From contig CAJUOV010000008.1 of NCBI GenBank assembly GCA_910588695.1, forward strand, positions 19,254 through 83,253: a DNA stretch of 64,000 bases. Direction: 5' to 3'. The notes beneath the pieces were generated by a model. That model did not search any database. It saw only the letters and a list, made by a program, of their open reading frames with translations, and was not told where the DNA came from. Both the position numbers and the translations under genes were made by a program. Every line of letters begins with the position of its first letter. Within the stretch, counting starts at the first letter, position 1. The stretch is from an uncultured Christensenellaceae bacterium (GTDB taxonomy: Bacteria; Bacillota; Clostridia; Christensenellales; Borkfalkiaceae). Below, in pieces: positions 41,050 to 50,592 of the stretch.

Positions 41050-42069
41050 CTATACCGATCTCAACGGAATACTTGCCTCGGCATTGAGCGAAAGCGGCGC
41101 AAAATTTCCCGCGCGGTATTGTAATAGTCCTTCCGCCGCGATCATGGCGGCGTTGTCCGTGCAGTGCCGTTTTTCAGGCAAAATCAACTTTAATCCCGCT
41201 TGTTTGCACGCGGCTTGCAATCTTTCGCGCAAATATCCGTTTGCGACTACCCCGCCGCCCGCCGTGACCGTCTTTACCCTTCTTTCGAGTGCGCCTTCTA
41301 CCGTCTTTTGCACGAGAATATCGAGCGCCGCGCTCTGAAATGACGCGGCGACGTCCGCTTTTTCGAACTCTTCGCCCCGCTGTTCCTTGGTGTGACAATA
41401 ATTCAGAACCGCCGTTTTCAGTCCGCTGTACGAAAAATCGTAACCGCCGTTCCCTTTAAGCATTCTGGGAAGCGGAACAACGTTCTTGCCGTTTCGGGCA
41501 AGCGCTTCGATGTGCGGTCCCCCCGGATAGGGAAGGGAGAGAATCCGCGCGACTTTGTCGAACGCCTCCCCCGCCGCGTCGTCCAGCGTTCCGCCGAGCA
41601 CCTCGAACTCCGTTTCGGACTTTGTATAAATGATCGCGGTATGACCGCCGCTTGCGAGCAATGTGATAAAGGGCGGAGCAAGCGCTTCGTCCTCCAAATA
41701 CGCCGCCGCCAGATGTCCGCGGATATGATTTACCCCGATGAGCGGTATTCCGAGTCCGTAGGCAAATCCCTTTGCAAAGGACAGTCCCACCAACAGAGCG
41801 CCCAATAATCCCGCGCCGTAAGTGACCGCCACCGCGTCGAGCTCCTCTTTTTGCACCCCCGCATGTTTTAATGCTCTTGCGACCACACCGTCCACAACGG
41901 ATAAATGCTCGCGCGATGCGATCTCCGGAACAACCCCGCCGAACTTTGCCTGCACCGAACTTGACGAGGCGATCTCGTCGGATAACAAAACGCGGCCGCG
42001 GATCACCGCCGCCGCCGTCTCGTCGCAAGAAGATTCGATTCCGAGAATCAAAGGATTTTTCATGTGCAT
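41050..42069 (-). CDS. tsaD: tRNA N6-adenosine threonylcarbamoyltransferase TsaD
   Basis: LGIESSCDETAAAV, VNHIRGH and GGVVAN, the Kae1/Gcp/TsaD motifs. Confidence 0.95.
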   Translation of the reverse strand: MHMKNPLILGIESSCDETAAAVIRGRVLLSDEIASSSSVQAKFGGVVPEIASREHLSVVDGVVARALKHAGVQKEELDAVAVTYGAGLLGALLVGLSFAKGFAYGLGIPLIGVNHIRGHLAAAYLEDEALAPPFITLLASGGHTAIIYTKSETEFEVLGGTLDDAAGEAFDKVARILSLPYPGGPHIEALARNGKNVVPLPRMLKGNGGYDFSYSGLKTAVLNYCHTKEQRGEEFEKADVAASFQSAALDILVQKTVEGALERRVKTVTAGGGVVANGYLRERLQAACKQAGLKLILPEKRHCTDNAAMIAAEGLLQYRAGNFAPLSLNAEASIPLRSV

Positions 42070-42099
42070 TAAATACGAATACGCCTATCCCGCTTTTTA

Positions 42100-42210
42100 T
42101 GAACGAGCAGTTTGAGAAGCGCGCGGAAAACCTGAGGAAGCTTACTGAACGTAAGTGACCGAAGGTTGCCGCAGCGCGACAAAAAAATGCGAAGTTCAAA
42201 GAAAGCGCGC
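42100..42210. repeat. Imperfect-palindrome intergenic element, copy R2
   Basis: The core GCGCGCGGAAAACCTGAGGAAGCTTACTGAACGTAAGTGACCGAAGGTTGCCGCAGCGCGAC aligns by eye with the R1 core over about 65 nt. Its right end abuts the prfB stop codon. Confidence 0.55.
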
Positions 42211-43307
42211 TATGATTTTTTGAGATAATCGATAATAAACCCCTGCAAATCCCCGTCCATAACCGCCTGTACATCGCCCATTTCGTAGCCCGTGCGGTGA
42301 TCTTTGACGAGCGTATAGGGGCAGAACACATATGAACGGATCTGCGAACCCCATTCGATTTTTTTCGTTTCGCCCTTTAACGCCGCTTCCGCCTGCTGAC
42401 GCTCTTCGATCTGCTTTTCGATCAACTTGGAACGCAGATATTTGAACGCCATTTCCTTATTTTGAAGCTGGCTTCTTTCGTTCTGACAGGTGACCACAAT
42501 CCCCGTGGGAAAATGCGTAATTCGGATCGCAGTTTCCGTCTTGTTGACTTTCTGTCCGCCCGCGCCCGAAGAACGGTACACATCGATACGGATGTCCTCG
42601 TCTTTGATTTCCACCGCGTTATCGTCGTCAACTTCCGGCATGACTTCTACGGAGGCAAAGGATGTCTGACGGCGTTTGTTCGCGTCGAACGGGGAAATGC
42701 GCACGAGACGGTGCACCCCGATCTCTGCTTTGAGGTAGCCGTATGCGTTCTCCCCCTCCACCTTGAAATCGACGGATTTGAGCCCCGCGCTGTCGCCGGC
42801 AAGGCGGTCGATCTCCGTCACTTTGAATCCGCTCGTTTCCGCATAACGGCAGTACATTCGGTAGAGCATCTGACACCAATCGCACGCTTCGGTGCCGCCC
42901 GCGCCCGCATGTAGAGATATGAGCGCGTTGGAAGAATCGTACTTGCCCCTCAGAAGAGCGCGGATACGGAGCGCTTCGATATCTCTTTCCGCCGTCTCCG
43001 CCATTTTATCGAGCTCGGGCACAAGCTCCTCTTCCTCCGTCTCTTCGATAAGATCGATGATCTCGTTTGCGTCGTCGAGCGCCTTTCTGCACGCTTCGTA
43101 AGCCGTGATCTTGCCCTCGTTGGAAGAGATCTCGCGCCCGATCTTTGCAGAGCGCTCCAAATCCTGCCATACTTCCGGCTTTTCCTGCTCGGCGCGGAGT
43201 TCTTTGAGCTTTTCGTAGCGATTGTCGATGTCGAGCGCATACTTCGCCTGCGACAGCGTATCTTCCATCGCTTTTATTTTTAATCTGTAATCATCCGGTT
43301 TGAACAT
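42210..43307 (-). CDS. prfB: Peptide chain release factor 2 (single uninterrupted ORF)
   Basis: SPF tripeptide (RISPFDANKRRQTSFASV) and GGQ (SGAGGQKVNK). The N-terminus reads ...SQAKYALDIDNRYEKLKEL with no in-frame UGA. Confidence 0.95.
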   Translation of the reverse strand: MFKPDDYRLKIKAMEDTLSQAKYALDIDNRYEKLKELRAEQEKPEVWQDLERSAKIGREISSNEGKITAYEACRKALDDANEIIDLIEETEEEELVPELDKMAETAERDIEALRIRALLRGKYDSSNALISLHAGAGGTEACDWCQMLYRMYCRYAETSGFKVTEIDRLAGDSAGLKSVDFKVEGENAYGYLKAEIGVHRLVRISPFDANKRRQTSFASVEVMPEVDDDNAVEIKDEDIRIDVYRSSGAGGQKVNKTETAIRITHFPTGIVVTCQNERSQLQNKEMAFKYLRSKLIEKQIEERQQAEAALKGETKKIEWGSQIRSYVFCPYTLVKDHRTGYEMGDVQAVMDGDLQGFIIDYLKKS

Positions 43308-43351
43308 TATTTTTCTCCGTAATACAATCTGAAATAGTACGATGAAAGAAT

Positions 43352-43476
43352 AGCACGGCTAAAAAGCAAGCAAGACAAGGAAAGCGCGCATTTTCGACGG
43401 GGAGCTTAGTTAGAAGTAAGCGCCCCAAGAAAAGCGGAGCTTGACACCGTATTGCGTAGCTTATCAGCCGTGCGAA
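43352..43476. repeat. Imperfect-palindrome intergenic element, copy R3
   Basis: Terminal arms GCACGGCT(A)AA / TTATCAGCCGTGC and apical hairpin GCTTA-gttagaag-TAAGC. Its 5' half (AGACAAGG..GCGCGC...GGAGCTTAGT) aligns with R1. It ends 6 nt from the secA stop. Confidence 0.55.
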
Positions 43477-43479
43477 ATT

Positions 43480-46398
43480 TTAAGGTTTGCCGCAGCATTT
43501 CTTATACTTCAATCCGCTCCCGCAGGGACAGGGGTCGTTGGGTCCTACCTTCTTTGCTTTTTTGACCGTAGCGGGATTGAATTTGTCGGTGCCGTTCGTT
43601 TTCAAAGCGTCTACGTTGACCGCCGCGGGAATATCGGGCACCGCCGCTTCCGATTCGGGCACGGGCTTCTCCGCCGACGCGGGAGTTTCCTCTTCTTTTT
43701 TTGCTTCCGCGCTCTCGTCTTTTCTCGGCGCCGAACGGGAAACGGAGGGCATAACCCGCTGTACGGGCGATTGCCGCATTTCGATCTGCGCTTTCAGAAG
43801 AATGGCGATCGTGCGCTCCTGAATGCGCTCGATCATTTCATCGAACATCGCGAATCCCTCTTGTTTGTAGGCGATCACGGGGTCGGTCTGTCCGTAAGCT
43901 CTGAGCCCGATTCCCTTTCTGAGGCGGTCCATCGCGTCGATATGATCGATCCAGTTGGAATCGACAACGCGCAAAAGAACGCGGCGCTCCACGTCGGCGA
44001 ACTTGACGGGCGTTTCCGCCTCGATCTTTGCGATCTTCTCCTCGTAATATTTTTCGACCCTTTCGGAAATCTTCTTAATCGCGACGTCATAGTCCCACTT
44101 TTCGAGCTTTTCACGGGTCACGTAGTCGGTTCCCTCGGGAAGGAGTTTGCGTTCGAGCGCTTCGTTCAGATCGTCTTCGCTCCACTTTTCGGGCATTTCG
44201 TCCGCATTGACCGCACCCCGCACCGTAGTGACGACATAATCGGGAATATACTTTACGATCTGATCGTGCACGCCCTCGCCCTTGATCACGTTCATACGCT
44301 CCGCATACATGATCTTGCGCTGATTGTTCATGACGTCGTCGTATTGCAATACGTTTTTACGGATCGAGAAGTTTCTGCCCTCGATCTGCTTCTGCGCATA
44401 TTCGATGAGACGGGTCAGGAGCTTGCTTTCGAGACACTCGTCCTCTTCCATCTTGCTCATGCGGTAGATGTGCTTCATTCTCTCGCCGCCAAAACGCATC
44501 ATGAGATCGTCTTCCAAAGAGAGGAAGAATACAGACGCGCCCACGTCTCCCTGACGACCGGAACGTCCGCGGAGCTGATTGTCGATACGGCGGCTCTCGT
44601 GCCGCTCCGTGCCGATAATACAAAGTCCGCCCGCTTCGATGACCTTCTTCTTCTCCTCGTCCGACTTCGCCTTATACGCGTCGTAGAGTTCGCGGTAACG
44701 CTTACGCACCGCCTCCGCCTCTTCGTCGAGTTCGGAATAGCTCGTCGCAAGCTCGATCATATCGTGCTCGACGCCCTCTTCTCTCAAACGCTTCTTTGCC
44801 AGATATTCGGGGTTGCCGCCCAGCAGAATATCGGTTCCGCGTCCCGCCATGTTCGTTGCAATGGTGACCGCGCCGTATCTGCCCGCCTGCGCCACGATCT
44901 CCGCTTCGCGCTCGTGATTCTTGGCGTTGAGAATATTATGCTGAATACCGTTTTTTATGAGCAGCCGCGCGATTTCTTCGGACTTTTCGACGGAGACGGT
45001 ACCCACAAGCACGGGCTGTCCCTTTTCGTGCCGAGACGCGATCTCGCGCACGATCGCTTTCTTCTTGCCCTCGGCAGTCGCATAGATACAGTCGCGCTGA
45101 TCGATGCGCTGAACGGGCTTGTTCGTGGGGATTTCCACAACGTCGAGAGAATAGATCGTGCGGAACTCTCCCTCCTCCGTTTTCGCGGTTCCCGTCATGC
45201 CCGAAAGTTTACGGTAAAGGCGGAAGTAATTCTGGAAGGTGATCGTCGCGTAAGTTTTATTCTCTTCGCGTACTTTGACGCCCTCTTTCGCCTCGATCGC
45301 CTGATGAAGCCCGTCGGAATAGCGACGACCGATCATAAGACGGCCCGTAAATTCGTCGACAATAACGATCTCGCCGTCTTTGACGATATACTGATCGTTG
45401 AGTTCGAAAAGATAATGTGCTTTAAGCGCCTGCTGGATATGATGGTTGAGGCTCTGATGCGCAATGTCGGCGATATTGTCGACATTGAAGAACTTCTCCG
45501 CCTTTTCCGCGCCGAACTCGGTGAGCTGCACCTGCTTGTCCTGACGCTCGATAACGTAATCCCATTCGAGTTCTTCCGCTTTCTGAACTTTTTGCGCGCC
45601 GGATTCTTTTTTCTTCTTGCTCTTCTGCGCCTCGGCGTCTTTGAGATCGTCGTCAAACCCGCCTTTCAGCGTCCTCACGAAGCGGTCCACCCGCTCGTAG
45701 AGATCGGAAGACTGATCCCCCTTGCCTGAAATGATAAGGGGCGTTCTTGCCTCGTCGATCAAAATGGAGTCCACCTCATCGACGATTGCAAAATTGAGTT
45801 CTCTCTGCACCATAAGTTTGAGATCGGACTTCAAATTATCTCTCAGATAATCGAAACCGAATTCATTGTTTGTTCCGTAAGTGATGTCCGCCTGATATGC
45901 GGCGCGCTTCGCGTCGTCTTCCATACCGGGAACGACCACGCCAACTGTAAGCCCCATAAAACGGTGAACTTTTCCCATCCACTCCGCGTCGCGCTTCGCA
46001 AGGTAATCGTTGACCGTGACGATGTGCACGCCTTTACCGGAAAGAGCTTCGAGATAGGCGGGAAGGGTCGAAACGAGCGTTTTTCCTTCGCCCGTCTTCA
46101 TCTCCGCGATACGACCCTGAAAGAGACAGATGCCGCCGATAATCTGCACGGGGAAGTGCTTCATTCCGAGAACGCGCCAACTCGCCTCCCTGAGCGCGGC
46201 GAATGCATCGAAGAGAATATCGTTGAGCGTCTCTCCGTTTTTCAGACGTTCCTTGAAAATACCCGTCTGCGCTTTGAGCTCGGAATCGCTCATTGCGGCA
46301 TACTTTGTTTCCAGCGACAGAACTTTATCCTTCATTTTCGAGAGCTGACGAAGGCTTCTCCTCCCGTCTCCGTTTTTCAAAAAATGTATCAATCCCAT
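43480..46398 (-). CDS. secA: Preprotein translocase ATPase SecA
   Basis: 972 aa with MKTGEGKTL Walker A, a DEVDSILIDEARTPLIISG DEAD-like motif and a C-terminal Zn motif (CPCGSGLKYKKCCG). Confidence 0.97.
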   Translation of the reverse strand: MGLIHFLKNGDGRRSLRQLSKMKDKVLSLETKYAAMSDSELKAQTGIFKERLKNGETLNDILFDAFAALREASWRVLGMKHFPVQIIGGICLFQGRIAEMKTGEGKTLVSTLPAYLEALSGKGVHIVTVNDYLAKRDAEWMGKVHRFMGLTVGVVVPGMEDDAKRAAYQADITYGTNNEFGFDYLRDNLKSDLKLMVQRELNFAIVDEVDSILIDEARTPLIISGKGDQSSDLYERVDRFVRTLKGGFDDDLKDAEAQKSKKKKESGAQKVQKAEELEWDYVIERQDKQVQLTEFGAEKAEKFFNVDNIADIAHQSLNHHIQQALKAHYLFELNDQYIVKDGEIVIVDEFTGRLMIGRRYSDGLHQAIEAKEGVKVREENKTYATITFQNYFRLYRKLSGMTGTAKTEEGEFRTIYSLDVVEIPTNKPVQRIDQRDCIYATAEGKKKAIVREIASRHEKGQPVLVGTVSVEKSEEIARLLIKNGIQHNILNAKNHEREAEIVAQAGRYGAVTIATNMAGRGTDILLGGNPEYLAKKRLREEGVEHDMIELATSYSELDEEAEAVRKRYRELYDAYKAKSDEEKKKVIEAGGLCIIGTERHESRRIDNQLRGRSGRQGDVGASVFFLSLEDDLMMRFGGERMKHIYRMSKMEEDECLESKLLTRLIEYAQKQIEGRNFSIRKNVLQYDDVMNNQRKIMYAERMNVIKGEGVHDQIVKYIPDYVVTTVRGAVNADEMPEKWSEDDLNEALERKLLPEGTDYVTREKLEKWDYDVAIKKISERVEKYYEEKIAKIEAETPVKFADVERRVLLRVVDSNWIDHIDAMDRLRKGIGLRAYGQTDPVIAYKQEGFAMFDEMIERIQERTIAILLKAQIEMRQSPVQRVMPSVSRSAPRKDESAEAKKEEETPASAEKPVPESEAAVPDIPAAVNVDALKTNGTDKFNPATVKKAKKVGPNDPCPCGSGLKYKKCCGKP

Positions 46399-46542
46399 AA
46401 TGCGTTCCGCTCCGTTTGTTGCGTCTTTGAAAAAGCGCAGAAATTCACCTATCTATTTTACAATAATTTCCTCAAAACGCAAAGCGATTTCAAGCGATTT
46501 TCAAGAATTTCGTTCTTTCAAACATAATTTTCCGTTTCCCCG

Positions 46543-46571
46543 TCAAAAAAACCGCGCTCTATTGCGCGGTT
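46543..46571 (-). terminator. Terminator overlapping the stop codon of the DeoC-like gene
   Basis: accgcgc-tctatt-gcgcggt followed on the minus strand by TTTTTTTG. Confidence 0.65.
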
Positions 46572-47332
46572 TCGATTTTTTTCGTACTTTCGTCTCCGTT
46601 TTTTGCTTGCGCGCCCCGTCTCTGTTCCACGGCGCGATACAGCTCCTCGGCAATATGTTCCGCACCCGCCGTCAGCGCGTATTCCGCGCCCGTCTTCAAA
46701 AGCATTCTGAGCTGTTCCGCATTTTCGACGCCCGAAGTTTCGACGCCGAGCCTTCCCGCAGATAAACGCACCGCCATGAGCGAGAGTTCCGTCTCTCCGC
46801 GCACGGAGACTGCGTCCGCTCTCGCTTCCGCCGCAGCGATCATCCCCCTTTCCACATCGGCTTTTGTGAGCGCATGATCGTCGAGTGAGAGCACAAGTCT
46901 GCATTTTTTTGCTGCGCGGCGCACTTTTTTGATCTCCTTTTTCAAATACGCCTCGTTGCCGCCGAAGAGCGCGGAATAACATGGAATCAATCTGATAACG
47001 CTTGCGCCCTCTCTGACGGCGCGTCTTGTCTCTTTCTGCTTGATCGAGGCGACACTCTCCCCCGTTCCGCCCACCGTACAGGCGACAGCCGTCTCGCCCT
47101 CTCCGAGCCGCCGACGCGCCGACGCCACATGAACGGGCGACACCAACACGGCGAACGCGCCCGTTTTTTTTGCAACGTCGCAGAGAGTGTTGAGCGCATG
47201 GCGGTCGGTCTCTCTCCGCGAAGCGTCTACAACGAGTTTTCTGAGCGTCAGCTCCGCTTCCGTCTCCCGACGCATTCGTTGAAATTCTTCGAATTCCGTG
47301 GCTTCCGCCTCGGACAACATACGTGTTTCCAT
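46559..47332 (-). CDS. DeoC/LacD-fold aldolase-like protein, probably non-catalytic
   Basis: It aligns by eye with deoxyribose-phosphate aldolase (…LCDVAKKTGAFAVLVSPVHV…VACTVGG…ASVIRLIP…LVLSLDD…ADAVSVRGE…VETSGV). Lysines are absent at the positions that align with the KTSTG and KASGG motifs. The start is uncertain (ATG 47332 or 47320, GTG 47356). Confidence 0.5.
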   Translation of the reverse strand: METRMLSEAEATEFEEFQRMRRETEAELTLRKLVVDASRRETDRHALNTLCDVAKKTGAFAVLVSPVHVASARRRLGEGETAVACTVGGTGESVASIKQKETRRAVREGASVIRLIPCYSALFGGNEAYLKKEIKKVRRAAKKCRLVLSLDDHALTKADVERGMIAAAEARADAVSVRGETELSLMAVRLSAGRLGVETSGVENAEQLRMLLKTGAEYALTAGAEHIAEELYRAVEQRRGAQAKNGDESTKKIETAQ

Positions 47333-47414
47333 ATCAATCGGTTTTCCCGAAAACACGAAAAAATATGCTCTAATCCACTATTTTGTGACAAAAATAAAAC
47401 GCTACAATGAAGAC

Positions 47415-47657
47415 ATGGAACTTCTCTCGATACAGGGTCAGGGCGCATTTTATACTTTCTGTATTTTTTTGATCTGCGTTATAGCCGTACACATTGCAAA
47501 ACTTGCCTATATCGGCTGGCACGCTCGAAAAAAGAAAGAACCGGTCAAAGAGAAAAAACCCGAAAAAGAGAGCGAGCCCGTCTATTACCTTGTGGAAAAG
47601 AAAAAGAAAGTCTCTTCCCAATACAAAAAACCGAAAAAATTCAAGTTTCAAAAATAG
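47415..47657 (+). CDS. Small membrane protein with a Lys-rich tail (80 aa)
   Basis: MELLSIQGQGAFYTFCIFLICVIAVHIAKLAYIGW has one TM helix, followed by KKKEPVKEKKPEKE...KKPKKFKFQK. There is no SD, and TACAAT lies 6 nt upstream of the ATG. Confidence 0.45.
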   Translation: MELLSIQGQGAFYTFCIFLICVIAVHIAKLAYIGWHARKKKEPVKEKKPEKESEPVYYLVEKKKKVSSQYKKPKKFKFQK

Positions 47658-47699
47658 CGACGGCGCTTCCGAAACGGAAGCGCCGCTCACTTATTTTTT
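47658..47699. terminator. Bidirectional terminator (small membrane gene / trkH)
   Basis: 11-bp perfect stem cggcgcttccg-aaa-cggaagcgccg with T-runs on both strands. Confidence 0.75.
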
Positions 47700-49145
47700 G
47701 ATCCAAGTCCCCAAACTGAACGTCAAAAGAACGGGATATATTTCAAGTCTGCCGAGCAGCATCGCAAAGATGAGAACGATTTTGCTGAGCGGCGAATACA
47801 TGGCGAAACTGCATGTGGGACCAACCGCGCCGAACCCCGGTCCGATATTGTTGAAACACGCGGCGGAAGCGGTGAGATTGGTTTCGAACGCACCTTCCCG
47901 AGGCACATTCGGATCGAGACATAGAATAAGAAAGACTGCAAGAAAGATAAAAGCATACACCGCAAGATAAGAAGTGACTCCGCCGATCGTCTCGTCGCTC
48001 AATTTTTCCCCGTTGATCTTTACGACGGTGGCGGTACGCGGGTGCAGAGACTTTTTGAGATCGTTTCCGATTTTCTTGAACAGAATCATGACGCGCGTCA
48101 CCTTAAATCCGCCTGCGGTCGAACCCGCGCAACCGCCCATCAGCATTAGCGCGAACAGAATTCCCTTGGAGAGAGCAGGCCATTGGTCGAAGTCCACAGT
48201 CGAATAGCCCGTCGTAGAGATGATCGAAGCGACCTGAAAAGTAGAGTGTTTCAATGCAGTCGCCACATTGTTGTAAGTGCTGAAAATGTTGATCGTAATA
48301 ACGACGACGGAAAAGACGACCACACCCACGTAGACCCAGAACTCTCTGTTTCTGAAAATGGATGTGAATCTTCCCATAATCAAAAAGAAATACAAGTTAA
48401 AATTGATCGCAAAGAGCAGCATGAACACTGCGATGACCCATTGGGAATAGGCGCTGTATTCTCCCAGACTCGAATTTTTAATGCCGAATCCGCCTGTGCC
48501 CGCCGTGCCGAACGCATGAACGAGTCCTTCGAAAAAGTTCATATCTCCGCACCAAAGCATAATTGCAAGCACGAGCGTCAACACAACATAGATCGCATAG
48601 AGAATAAACGCCGTCGTCTTAGCTTTGGGAACGAGTTTGTCAACCGTAGGACCGGGCATCTCTGCGCGCAGTATATGCATGGAGCGGTCGTTTCGGTTGA
48701 CGACGGCGAGTACGAACACCAGCACCCCCATGCCCCCGATCCAGTGCGAAAAGCTCCGCCAGAACAGCAAACCTTTATCAAGCGATTCCACATCGGTCAA
48801 AATAGACGCTCCCGTCGTTGTAAAACCGCTCACAATCTCAAAAAGCGCGTCGATAAACGACGGGATCCCGCCGCTGATTACAAAGGGCAGCGCGCCTACG
48901 AGGGAGACCAGAATCCAAGCGAAGGCGGTGACGACAATCCCCTCTTTTGCATACATAAACTGATTCTTCGGACGAACGAACAAATTAAGAAACAGTCCGA
49001 GAATAAACGAAACCGCCGCCGTAATCGCAAACGCCACCGAACTGAATTCGCCGCATACAAGCGCGGTGACCATCGGCAATAACAGAAGCACGGTTTCGAG
49101 AAGCAATACTTTTCCGATTAGATTAAAAATCAATCTGTAATTCAT
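47691..49145 (-). CDS. trkH: TrkH/KtrB-family potassium uptake membrane protein
   Basis: Polytopic membrane protein with repeated pore-loop TTGF/STTG/GTGG-like motifs (SGFTTTGAS, ISTTGYS, GTAGTGGFG, GGCAGSTAGGFK). I prefer the start at ATG 49145, 10 nt after the trkA stop. Confidence 0.9.
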   Translation of the reverse strand: MNYRLIFNLIGKVLLLETVLLLLPMVTALVCGEFSSVAFAITAAVSFILGLFLNLFVRPKNQFMYAKEGIVVTAFAWILVSLVGALPFVISGGIPSFIDALFEIVSGFTTTGASILTDVESLDKGLLFWRSFSHWIGGMGVLVFVLAVVNRNDRSMHILRAEMPGPTVDKLVPKAKTTAFILYAIYVVLTLVLAIMLWCGDMNFFEGLVHAFGTAGTGGFGIKNSSLGEYSAYSQWVIAVFMLLFAINFNLYFFLIMGRFTSIFRNREFWVYVGVVVFSVVVITINIFSTYNNVATALKHSTFQVASIISTTGYSTVDFDQWPALSKGILFALMLMGGCAGSTAGGFKVTRVMILFKKIGNDLKKSLHPRTATVVKINGEKLSDETIGGVTSYLAVYAFIFLAVFLILCLDPNVPREGAFETNLTASAACFNNIGPGFGAVGPTCSFAMYSPLSKIVLIFAMLLGRLEIYPVLLTFSLGTWIKK

Positions 49146-49155
49146 AGTTTCCCCG

Positions 49156-50517
49156 TCAGGCGATAATATCGGCAAGATCGTAAAGCTGCGCGCCGGCGGA
49201 AATCACGATCACTCTGTCCTCGGGCAGGATCATATCTTCGCCGTCCGGAATGACCGCCTCTTTCCCGCGGATAATCCCCGCGATCAGAACGCCTTTTTTG
49301 AGTTTCATCTCTTTGAGCGGAACGTGCGTGAGCTTGGAATCAGCCAACACTTTGAATTCGAGCGCCTCCGCCATGCCTCCCATCACGGAATACAACGCTT
49401 CGATTTTACTGTCGAGCGTATTTTCGAGCGCGCGGGCGTATTTGACGATCTCGTTCGACGTCACCCTTCTGGGCGAAATCAAACTGTCTAATCCGAGTTT
49501 TTCGGCGACAGAAAAGAGCTCGTCCCGATTGACCTTTGCGATAATTTTGGATACGGAATTTGACATGGCATAGTAAGATATGAGAATGTTTTCCTCGTCC
49601 CTGCCCGTCAGAGCTACAAGACCGTCCGTAGAAGAAAGCCCTTCTTCCATGAGCAGATCCTGACTCATGGCGTTTCCATGAATGACAGTCGCCTTCGAAG
49701 GAAGTTCTTCGCACACCTCTTCGCACACCCTCGTATCCGATTCGATGATTTTGACGGGAATGCGGTGACGAATCAGAATTTTTGCCAGATACCTCGAAAC
49801 AATGCCCGCCCCGATGATCATGACCCGTTTGATTCGCTTGTGCGGAACTTCGAGCATGTCAAGCGTTCCGTTCAGATCGCCCTCCGCCACAATGAGCCCG
49901 ATCCTGTCCCCGCTTTTCAAAGCAAAATCCCCTTTGGGAATGACAACGCTCTCGCCCCGCATCACTGCGCAGATCAGATATTTGCCTTTGTGTTTTCGTT
50001 TCAAATCTTTGAGAAGTACGCCGTCGAGCGGAGAATCCGGTTTAATAATGATCTCCAACATTTCAATCTGGTTGCTGCTGAAAGTTTCGAGCTTTGCCGC
50101 CGCGGGAAGTTTCAAAAGATTAAAGATCGCCTGCGCCGCCAATTGCTCGGGATTGATCGAAAGAGAGAGATCAAGCTGTTTTTTCATGAAATCCAGACTG
50201 TCATCGTTGTTCTTTGGATTTCTGATTCTTGCCACGGTATATTTCGCCCCCATTCTCTTGGCGGCAAAACAGCTGAGCATATTCAGCTCGTCAGACGCGG
50301 TAACGGCAATAAAAAGATCGCAATTTTCCGCGCCCGCTTTTTTCAAAACGGTATAAGAAGTTCCGTTTCCGCAAAACGCCATTACGTCGTAACTGTTTCT
50401 GACTTCTGCGATCACTTCCTCGTTACTGTCAATCGCCGTAAGATCGTGATTCTCTTTTACAAGACTGAACAACAACGATTTTCCTACTTTTCCGCATCCG
50501 ACAACGATAATGTTCAT
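49156..50517 (-). CDS. trkA: Trk system potassium uptake protein TrkA (two RCK/NAD-binding modules)
   Basis: MNIIVVGCGKVGKSL and a second IIGAGIVSRYLA Rossmann motif. 453 aa. Confidence 0.9.
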   Translation of the reverse strand: MNIIVVGCGKVGKSLLFSLVKENHDLTAIDSNEEVIAEVRNSYDVMAFCGNGTSYTVLKKAGAENCDLFIAVTASDELNMLSCFAAKRMGAKYTVARIRNPKNNDDSLDFMKKQLDLSLSINPEQLAAQAIFNLLKLPAAAKLETFSSNQIEMLEIIIKPDSPLDGVLLKDLKRKHKGKYLICAVMRGESVVIPKGDFALKSGDRIGLIVAEGDLNGTLDMLEVPHKRIKRVMIIGAGIVSRYLAKILIRHRIPVKIIESDTRVCEEVCEELPSKATVIHGNAMSQDLLMEEGLSSTDGLVALTGRDEENILISYYAMSNSVSKIIAKVNRDELFSVAEKLGLDSLISPRRVTSNEIVKYARALENTLDSKIEALYSVMGGMAEALEFKVLADSKLTHVPLKEMKLKKGVLIAGIIRGKEAVIPDGEDMILPEDRVIVISAGAQLYDLADIIA

Positions 50518-50563
50518 ACGTTATTCTCTCTGACCGATTCGGTCTTTTTCAAATTCTTTCGCC

Positions 50564-50592
50564 ATTATATCACATGCCGACGATTTTTTCAA
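50564..50592 (-). promoter_or_regulatory. trkAH promoter
   Basis: Reverse strand reads TTGAAA-N17-(TGa)TATAAT, about 45 nt upstream of the trkA ATG. Confidence 0.65.

Noticed and set aside
41456-42331. 291-aa minus-strand ORF overlapping tsaD and prfB
   Set aside because: It is an alternative frame of tsaD with an Arg/Gly-rich product, and it crosses the intergenic repeat R2. It is not compatible with the two well-supported genes.
43200-43307. Programmed +1 frameshift site in prfB
   Set aside because: I looked for the CUU UGA C slippery site with an upstream SD-like element. The N-terminus reads straight through (…AKYALDIDNRYEK…) in one frame. Frameshift-less prfB is known in a substantial minority of bacteria.
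43441-45729. 762-aa plus-strand ORF
   Set aside because: It lies entirely antisense to secA, whose motifs are unambiguous. Its translation is low-complexity (R/L/F/H/D-rich) with no recognisable motif. It is a typical shadow ORF of a GC-rich gene.
46484-46505. Tandem 11-mer GCGATTTTCAA x2 upstream of secA
   Set aside because: There are only two copies, in an AT-rich promoter region, with no further structure or partner motif.
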